Positions 26,544 through 32,000 of a stretch of DNA of 32,000 nucleotides are shown one piece after another. Every line of letters starts with the position of its first letter. Position 1 is the first letter of the stretch. The stretch covers positions 60,001-92,000 of the forward strand of contig JBAYVT010000005.1 in assembly GCA_041674405.1 (NCBI GenBank), given 5' to 3'. Below the pieces are notes generated by a model. The model worked only from the letters and a program-made list of their open reading frames with translations, was not told where the DNA came from and searched no databases. Both the position numbers and the translations under genes were made by a program. This DNA is from Patescibacteria group bacterium (GTDB taxonomy: Bacteria; Patescibacteriota; UBA1384; XYA2-FULL-43-10).

Positions 26544-27746
26544 CTACTGAATTTGCGCAATATTATAAATCGGCACCAAGATTGCAAAAATGAGAAATGC
26601 CACGCCAAAGCCAATAACCAAAAGCACGGCTGGTTCAACCAGAGTGGAAATGCCCTTAATTTTTTCGGATGTTTCAGATTCATAATATGTTGCAACCTTA
26701 TCCAGCACCTTATCCAGTTTGCCAGTCTGCTCACCAACAGCTACCATCTGCCCCATAAGTCCGGGAAAAGAAACGTCCTTGGAGAGTGGAACGGAAAGCG
26801 GAACACCTTTTTCTACTTCTAAAGCCATCTGCGCGATACTTTCTTCGTAAATTTGATTATTCATTGTGGCACCAGCAATTTTTAATGAATCAAGTATTGG
26901 CACGCCAGACGAAATTAGCATTTCGAGCGTACGCGAAAATCTGCTCATGTAAATCCCTTCGGATAATCCTTTAATACCGGGAATTTTCAATTGCCATATG
27001 TTTAGTGTTCTGGCTCCCACGTCAGAAACGAGCCAAAAACGAATTCCCAAAACCAACAAGATCAAGATTATCAAAGCTAGCCACCACATATTTGTGAAAA
27101 ATCCTGAAAGGGCTATCAAAACCCGCGTGGCCACCGGCAATGTAACACCATTCGCCTTAAAAATTACATCTAATTTTGGAATAACCGCAACAAGCATATA
27201 TACACCAATACCAAGCAGGGCAACAAGTATAAATATCGGATAATAAAGTGCGCTTTTGATCTTGCCCACAAAATTGTTATCATTTTCATATTTATCAGCC
27301 AGTTGCGATAATACCACCTCGAGATTACCCGTTGTTTCTCCTGATCGTGCAACAGACACGAAGATTCGGTCAAAAACGTTCGGATGTTTTGCCAGTGCTG
27401 TTGAAAAAGCGTAACCTTCTTCGATATCCTTGAAGATTTCATAATAAGCAGCCTTTAATTGTTCATTCCGCGCTTGCTTCGCGACGATACTCAATGCTTT
27501 TGACAATGTAAGCCCAGCACCAATCATTGTGGCGAGTTGGCGGGCAAAAACAGCTTTGTCTTTTAGGGTTGCTTTGGAAACAAACAGATTATTAAAATTT
27601 AGTTGTTTCCTTTCTGCGATAATTTCACTAGGAAACAACTTGTTTGAAAGGAGCATTTTTTCAGCCGCAAATTCATTCGCCGCTTCTACCGAGCCGGTTA
27701 CATTTGCCCCTTTGTCGTTTTTTGCTTTAAATAGAAATTTCGCCAT
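26544..27746 (-). CDS. pilC: Type IV pilus inner-membrane platform protein
   Basis: 400 aa; VFARQLATMIGAGLTLSKALSI, FSRTLEMLISSGVPILDSLKI, VGEQTGKLDKVLDKVATYYESE. Confidence 0.95.
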   Translation of the reverse strand: MAKFLFKAKNDKGANVTGSVEAANEFAAEKMLLSNKLFPSEIIAERKQLNFNNLFVSKATLKDKAVFARQLATMIGAGLTLSKALSIVAKQARNEQLKAAYYEIFKDIEEGYAFSTALAKHPNVFDRIFVSVARSGETTGNLEVVLSQLADKYENDNNFVGKIKSALYYPIFILVALLGIGVYMLVAVIPKLDVIFKANGVTLPVATRVLIALSGFFTNMWWLALIILILLVLGIRFWLVSDVGARTLNIWQLKIPGIKGLSEGIYMSRFSRTLEMLISSGVPILDSLKIAGATMNNQIYEESIAQMALEVEKGVPLSVPLSKDVSFPGLMGQMVAVGEQTGKLDKVLDKVATYYESETSEKIKGISTLVEPAVLLVIGFGVAFLIFAILVPIYNIAQIQ

Positions 27747-27828
27747 ATATCAGTTTGTTGTTATTGGTCCGTAGTTTTTAGTTAATTTCAACTGGCTTTT
27801 AGTTTTTATATTTAAGTTATTAACTAGC

Positions 27829-28899
27829 TTAATAAACCATCATCTTAAAGCTCTTCGGATCAAGCGACCATGAAAGCGCATCCTCGAGCGTAATTTCGCC
27901 CCTTGATACCAATTCAGCCAACACTTTATCAAGGCTGATCATGCCTTCAGACGCAGAAGTCTGAATCACATTTGGAATTTGATGAATTTTACCTTCACGA
28001 ATCAAGCTGCGAATTGCAGAGTTCGCAATCATAATCTCTGCGGCCATGACGCGACCACCATTGACTTTTGGAATCAATCTTTGTGACACCACCCCAAGAA
28101 GCACTGAGGCTAATTGCGATCTTACCTGTTGTTGCTGGTGTGGCGGAAAAACAGAAACAATACGATCCGCGGTTTGAGCAGCGGAATTTGTATGAAGTGT
28201 GGTAAACACTAAGTGGCCAGTCTCAGCCATCGTAAGAGCCGCATCTATGGTCTCCAGATCTCGCATTTCACCCACCAGAACAACATCCGGGTCTTCACGA
28301 AGGGCTGATCGCAGTGCACGAGCAAAAGTATTGGTATCCTGCCCGACCTCTCTTTGTGAAATGAGTGATTTTTTGTGTTCAAAAACATATTCAATTGGGT
28401 CTTCAATCGTAATGATATGATTGCGTTTTTCGGAATTTATCCGGTCTATCATTGCAGCCAATGTGGTAGATTTTCCTGAACCAGTCGGTCCGGTAATAAT
28501 TACAAAACCCTGGCTTGGCTCGGTAAATTTCTCTAAAATCGGCGGCATGCCCAGCTCTTCAAATCCCCTAATTTTGCTCGGAATTAAACGAAGCGAAGCA
28601 GCTTCGTAGCCCTTTTGGTAGTAAATATTGACACGAAAACGCATTTCTTTGTAACCAAAAGAGAAATCAATCTCCTTTTTCTGTTTCAAAAGAAGAAGAA
28701 CATCTTCAGATACGATACCCGAAATCAACTCTTTGGCTTTTGCCTGAGTGACTGCTGGCACTTCTGGAATCGAGAACAATTTACCATCTACGCGTAATGT
28801 GACCGGAACACCCACGCTAATGTGAATATCAGAAGCATTCTTGGATATCGCATATTCAAGATATTTGCTCATTTCCGGACTTAATTTCCCCTCCGTCAT
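27829..28899 (-). CDS. pilT: Type IV pilus retraction ATPase
   Basis: 356 aa; GFVIITGPTGSGKSTTLAAMIDRIN, HIITIEDPIEYVFEHKKSLISQREVG, LVGEMRDLETIDAALTMAETGHLVFTTLHTN. Confidence 0.96.
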   Translation of the reverse strand: MTEGKLSPEMSKYLEYAISKNASDIHISVGVPVTLRVDGKLFSIPEVPAVTQAKAKELISGIVSEDVLLLLKQKKEIDFSFGYKEMRFRVNIYYQKGYEAASLRLIPSKIRGFEELGMPPILEKFTEPSQGFVIITGPTGSGKSTTLAAMIDRINSEKRNHIITIEDPIEYVFEHKKSLISQREVGQDTNTFARALRSALREDPDVVLVGEMRDLETIDAALTMAETGHLVFTTLHTNSAAQTADRIVSVFPPHQQQQVRSQLASVLLGVVSQRLIPKVNGGRVMAAEIMIANSAIRSLIREGKIHQIPNVIQTSASEGMISLDKVLAELVSRGEITLEDALSWSLDPKSFKMMVY

Positions 28900-28996
28900 A
28901 TACCCTCCAAAATAGTACTAAAGAGCACCTATAACCATTATAAATATACGCTTAATTGTAGTCAACTGCTTTTAAGATTTTGAGGTTAACGCTTTA

Positions 28997-31516
28997 TTAG
29001 CTGCTTGTTGCACGGAATACTTCATCAATAGTGGTCAAACCCTCAAGTGCTTTAAGTATTCCATCTTGTTTCATCGTAATCATCCCGTCTTTTAAGGCCG
29101 CTTCTCTGATTTCGTTCGCCGGCCTTTTCTCAACAGTAAGGGCCTCAATTTCATCTGTCATGCGCAAAACTTCAAATATGCCGATTCTTCCCACATAACC
29201 TTGTGAACAATTACTGCATCCCACGCCATGGTAGAATTTAAATTCTGATGGAATTCTTTTTTTGTCTTGTTCGTTTTGGGCTGATATGGCGGATAATTCT
29301 TTTTTAACCTCTTCGATAAACGCTTGCGGAACTTTCATTTCCTCTTTGCACTTTGGGCAGATTCTACGGACTAGTCTCTGTGCAATAATGATGTTGATTG
29401 AAGAGGTGATCAAAAACGGTTCAATTCCCATATTTGTAAATCTGGGCAAAGCGCCCGAAGCATCATTCGTGTGAAGAGTAGAAAGTACGAGGTGGCCAGT
29501 AAGCGCGGCGTGAGTTGCCATCTCAGCAGTTTCCCCATCCCTAATTTCACCAACCATCACCACATTTGGGTCTTGGCGCAGTACACTGCGCAATCCTTCT
29601 GCAAAGGAAAATCCGATACCTGGTTTTACCTGGCACTGGTTAACTCCATTAATTTCATATTCAACAGGATCTTCGAGGGTAACAATATTCACCGATGGTT
29701 TACTGATTCGATTAATAATTGCGTATAAAGTTGTGGATTTTCCAGAACCAGTGGGGCCTGTGGACAGAATAATTCCGAATGGTTTTCCGATCGCCTCAAT
29801 AGTTAAATCAAAACCACGGCCGATCATCCCCAGGTCTTCAAGGGAAAGAATGCCCTGATCTTTGTCTAGGATTCTCATCACAATCTTTTCGCCATGCACC
29901 GTAGGCAGTGAAGAAACTCGAACATCCACCTCTCGATTCTTAAATGTAACGTCAAACCTTCCATCCTGCGGAACTCTTGTTTCATCAATTTTCAGTTTTG
30001 ACAAAATCTTCACACGGCTCGTAATCGGAGGATGCAAAGACAACGGCAATCTGATAATATCTCTCAAAATTCCATCAATTCTATATCTGACGCGCAGATC
30101 CTTTTGTTCTGGTTCAATATGAATGTCAGATGCGCGCTCAAACAAAGCGAAATTTATTAAAGCAGCAACTATCTTGGGTGCCGAAGAATTCTTGATATTG
30201 CTTTTTAGGCCCTCGACATCAACAATATCTCCTTTAAGATAGGCCCCGATGTTTTTTTCGCTTTCTTCCACGCTTTCATCAGTTTTTGGATTTTTTTCAA
30301 GCTCTTCCGTTGCAATTTCGCTGATATCAGTCTTTGATTCGAGATCAGGATTATCACTTGGCTGCTCACCATTTTGCCCTGCAGTCTTATCTTCAACGCC
30401 ATCGCCAGTTTTTGATTCAGTCTTTGTGGGTGATTTTATATCTTCCGGGGCAGTAATATTGCCAACCGCAGCTGTTTCTCCGCCTGGCTGAGCCCCAAAT
30501 GGGGCAACGATTGTCTCTTTTTCATCCCCACTCTCTTCGCTGTCAATTCTAATTACTGGCGTTACCTGAGAAACGGGCTCCTTTTTTCCAAGAAAAGAGC
30601 CAAACAAGCTCGAAAGTGTAATAATTTCATCACCAGATGATTGCTTTTTTTCAATAACTTTTTCTTTGGTTTTTTCTTCTTCCACCTCTACTTTGACAGA
30701 ATTTTCTTTTTTATTCTCAAGCTTTTTCTTGTATGCCTCGATCGCATAGTCGATATCTTCGCGAGAAGTGGCAAAAATTTGAAAATTAATTTTGTTAGCA
30801 TTCTCCAAAGATTTGATGGCCTTGTGCAAAGCAGTATCATCTGGGTTCTCTGCTGCCAGAGCGAATGAATTATCCGTTTTTTTGTAAAAAACAACTACCC
30901 GATACTGCTCAATAAATGAAAGCGGAAGCTTGCCCAGATATTCCGACCTTATGTCCTGATTTCGCAAAAAGACCGTCGGATAACTTCCGGTAGACAATAA
31001 ATCCTCAAACTTTCCCTTTTGGTCGTATTGTTTTAACGCCTCCAAAAAATCTGATTTTGCGGTTATATATAAATCTAAATTCAAATGCCTATCTTCGATA
31101 ATTTTTTGAAGGCCCTTGTTGAAATTTAGAGACAATTCCGTGGGATTGGCAACAGCAAGCTGCAATGATCCCTCCTTAAGCCCAAATGGGATCACAGAAA
31201 ATTTTTCTGCAACTGATTTCGGTATAATACCAAAAACATCGTGTGGAATTTCAAAATTCTTTAGGCTGACATATGGGATTTTCAAAAGAATACTATACGC
31301 TTTGTTTATGGTGTCCGAACTGACAATACGATTTTTCAAAAGAAAATTTTCCACATCTCTATTGGTTCGGTATTTTTTCTTGAGTTTGGTTGCGTCAGGT
31401 GCGGTTAGTAATCCCTGCATTACAAACACATCCAAAACAGACTGGGTAATAGAATTATAATCCAATCCATTCAAAAAATAAGAGTTTTTTGAAACTGTTT
31501 GTGACATTGTATTCAT
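28997..31516 (-). CDS. pilB: Type IV pilus assembly ATPase with long N-terminal region
   Basis: 839 aa; FERASDIHIEPE, GIILSTGPTGSGKSTTLYAIINRI, NIVTLEDPVEYEINGVNQCQVK, CPKC...GCSNCSQGYVGRIGIFEVL. Confidence 0.95.
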   Translation of the reverse strand: MNTMSQTVSKNSYFLNGLDYNSITQSVLDVFVMQGLLTAPDATKLKKKYRTNRDVENFLLKNRIVSSDTINKAYSILLKIPYVSLKNFEIPHDVFGIIPKSVAEKFSVIPFGLKEGSLQLAVANPTELSLNFNKGLQKIIEDRHLNLDLYITAKSDFLEALKQYDQKGKFEDLLSTGSYPTVFLRNQDIRSEYLGKLPLSFIEQYRVVVFYKKTDNSFALAAENPDDTALHKAIKSLENANKINFQIFATSREDIDYAIEAYKKKLENKKENSVKVEVEEEKTKEKVIEKKQSSGDEIITLSSLFGSFLGKKEPVSQVTPVIRIDSEESGDEKETIVAPFGAQPGGETAAVGNITAPEDIKSPTKTESKTGDGVEDKTAGQNGEQPSDNPDLESKTDISEIATEELEKNPKTDESVEESEKNIGAYLKGDIVDVEGLKSNIKNSSAPKIVAALINFALFERASDIHIEPEQKDLRVRYRIDGILRDIIRLPLSLHPPITSRVKILSKLKIDETRVPQDGRFDVTFKNREVDVRVSSLPTVHGEKIVMRILDKDQGILSLEDLGMIGRGFDLTIEAIGKPFGIILSTGPTGSGKSTTLYAIINRISKPSVNIVTLEDPVEYEINGVNQCQVKPGIGFSFAEGLRSVLRQDPNVVMVGEIRDGETAEMATHAALTGHLVLSTLHTNDASGALPRFTNMGIEPFLITSSINIIIAQRLVRRICPKCKEEMKVPQAFIEEVKKELSAISAQNEQDKKRIPSEFKFYHGVGCSNCSQGYVGRIGIFEVLRMTDEIEALTVEKRPANEIREAALKDGMITMKQDGILKALEGLTTIDEVFRATSS

Positions 31517-31521
31517 TTCTC

Positions 31522-31776
31522 TTATTCCGGATTAGCAAATGGGTTTGCTTTGCCCATTTTTGTAGTTGGGTCAGGAAGCGGTATTCCGGCATTGTTCTCA
31601 CGACCCTGAACAAGCGTCTCAGCTTCATCCTTAACCCCGGAGATGTCAAGAGTAATATAAGATGCCGTATTTTGTACCGAGATGCTTGAATTATTTTTCC
31701 AGATCATGTAAAAACCAACGATAGCGATCGTGAGAAATATTAGGCTTAAAATTAAATTGAATGTTCTTTTCTTCAT
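31522..31776 (-). CDS. Small single-TM protein in the T4P cluster
   Basis: 84 aa; TFNLILSLIFLTIAIVGFYMIW then ...GKANPFANPE; overlaps upstream gene by 4 nt and sits directly before pilB. Confidence 0.75.
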   Translation of the reverse strand: MKKRTFNLILSLIFLTIAIVGFYMIWKNNSSISVQNTASYITLDISGVKDEAETLVQGRENNAGIPLPDPTTKMGKANPFANPE

Positions 31777-32000
31777 TGTGTCTCCCCCGCACTAACACTT
31801 CCTCTGGTATAAACCTCCAGGGTATAAGATGCCGATATGATATTTTCTTCCGGAGAAGTCATTGATAGCGCCTTTATGCGCATAAATTTAATGCTTTTTT
31901 CGATCGTGTCGGTAAATGCGCTTATGTTTTCAAAAGAACCGGAAACTGAAAAACTTACATTCAATAGATTTCCTGCTGTTACAGTTTCCGCCCCCTCGCC
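31773..32000 (-). CDS. PilO-like pilus alignment protein, C-terminal part (truncated by window edge)
   Basis: Open frame to the window end: EGAETVTAGNLLNVSFSVSGSFENISAFTDTIEKSIKFMRIKALSM...; PilO-like pattern and cluster position. Confidence 0.65.
   Translation of the reverse strand, partial: GEGAETVTAGNLLNVSFSVSGSFENISAFTDTIEKSIKFMRIKALSMTSPEENIISASYTLEVYTRGSVSAGETQ

Noticed and set aside
23439-27442. Minus ORFs nested within the pilus cluster (e.g. 23439..23639, 25654..25932, 26483..26737, 27170..27442)
   Set aside because: Alternate-frame overlaps of well-supported pilin and pilC genes.
1-32000. CRISPR arrays, tRNA/rRNA genes, transposases, toxin-antitoxin or restriction systems
   Set aside because: No regularly spaced direct repeats, tRNA T-arm signatures, or matching protein motifs were seen by eye; a tRNAscan/cmscan run would be needed for certainty.
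1-32000. Alternative genetic code (UGA read as Gly, as in some CPR)
   Set aside because: prfB is present and all housekeeping ORFs are full length under the standard bacterial code.

Overview
AT-rich bacterial chromosomal window. The gene content (compact housekeeping genes, reduced ribosomal-operon context, type IV pilus cluster) looks like a Patescibacteria/CPR-type genome with standard UGA stops; that assignment is inference. Almost everything is on the minus strand. Reading from the left: prfB 5' part; two tandem secreted/surface paralogs with repeated DUF11-like domains (one with a C-terminal LPKTG sorting signal, one without); a conspicuously GC-rich 2.1-kb island encoding two unidentified secreted proteins; a structured noncoding region (about 6.53-6.91 kb); a cupin-type glucose-6-phosphate isomerase, dus, cysS, a zinc-ribbon protein, recR, topA, dprA; a single plus-strand small gene; a strikingly short Mfd-like translocase; an rplU-secE-nusG-rplK operon; rodA/ftsW, DUF167, RNase HI, trpS; and a T4P/competence pilus locus (six type-IV-pilin-like proteins, pilD, pilC, pilT, pilB, a small membrane protein and a PilO-like gene cut by the window edge). 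The strongest leads are the GC-rich secreted-protein island, the nested-complementarity noncoding region beside it, the minimal Mfd with a structured element upstream, and the PilB with two N-terminal domains plus a long acidic linker. No CRISPR array, tRNA, rRNA or transposase was found.
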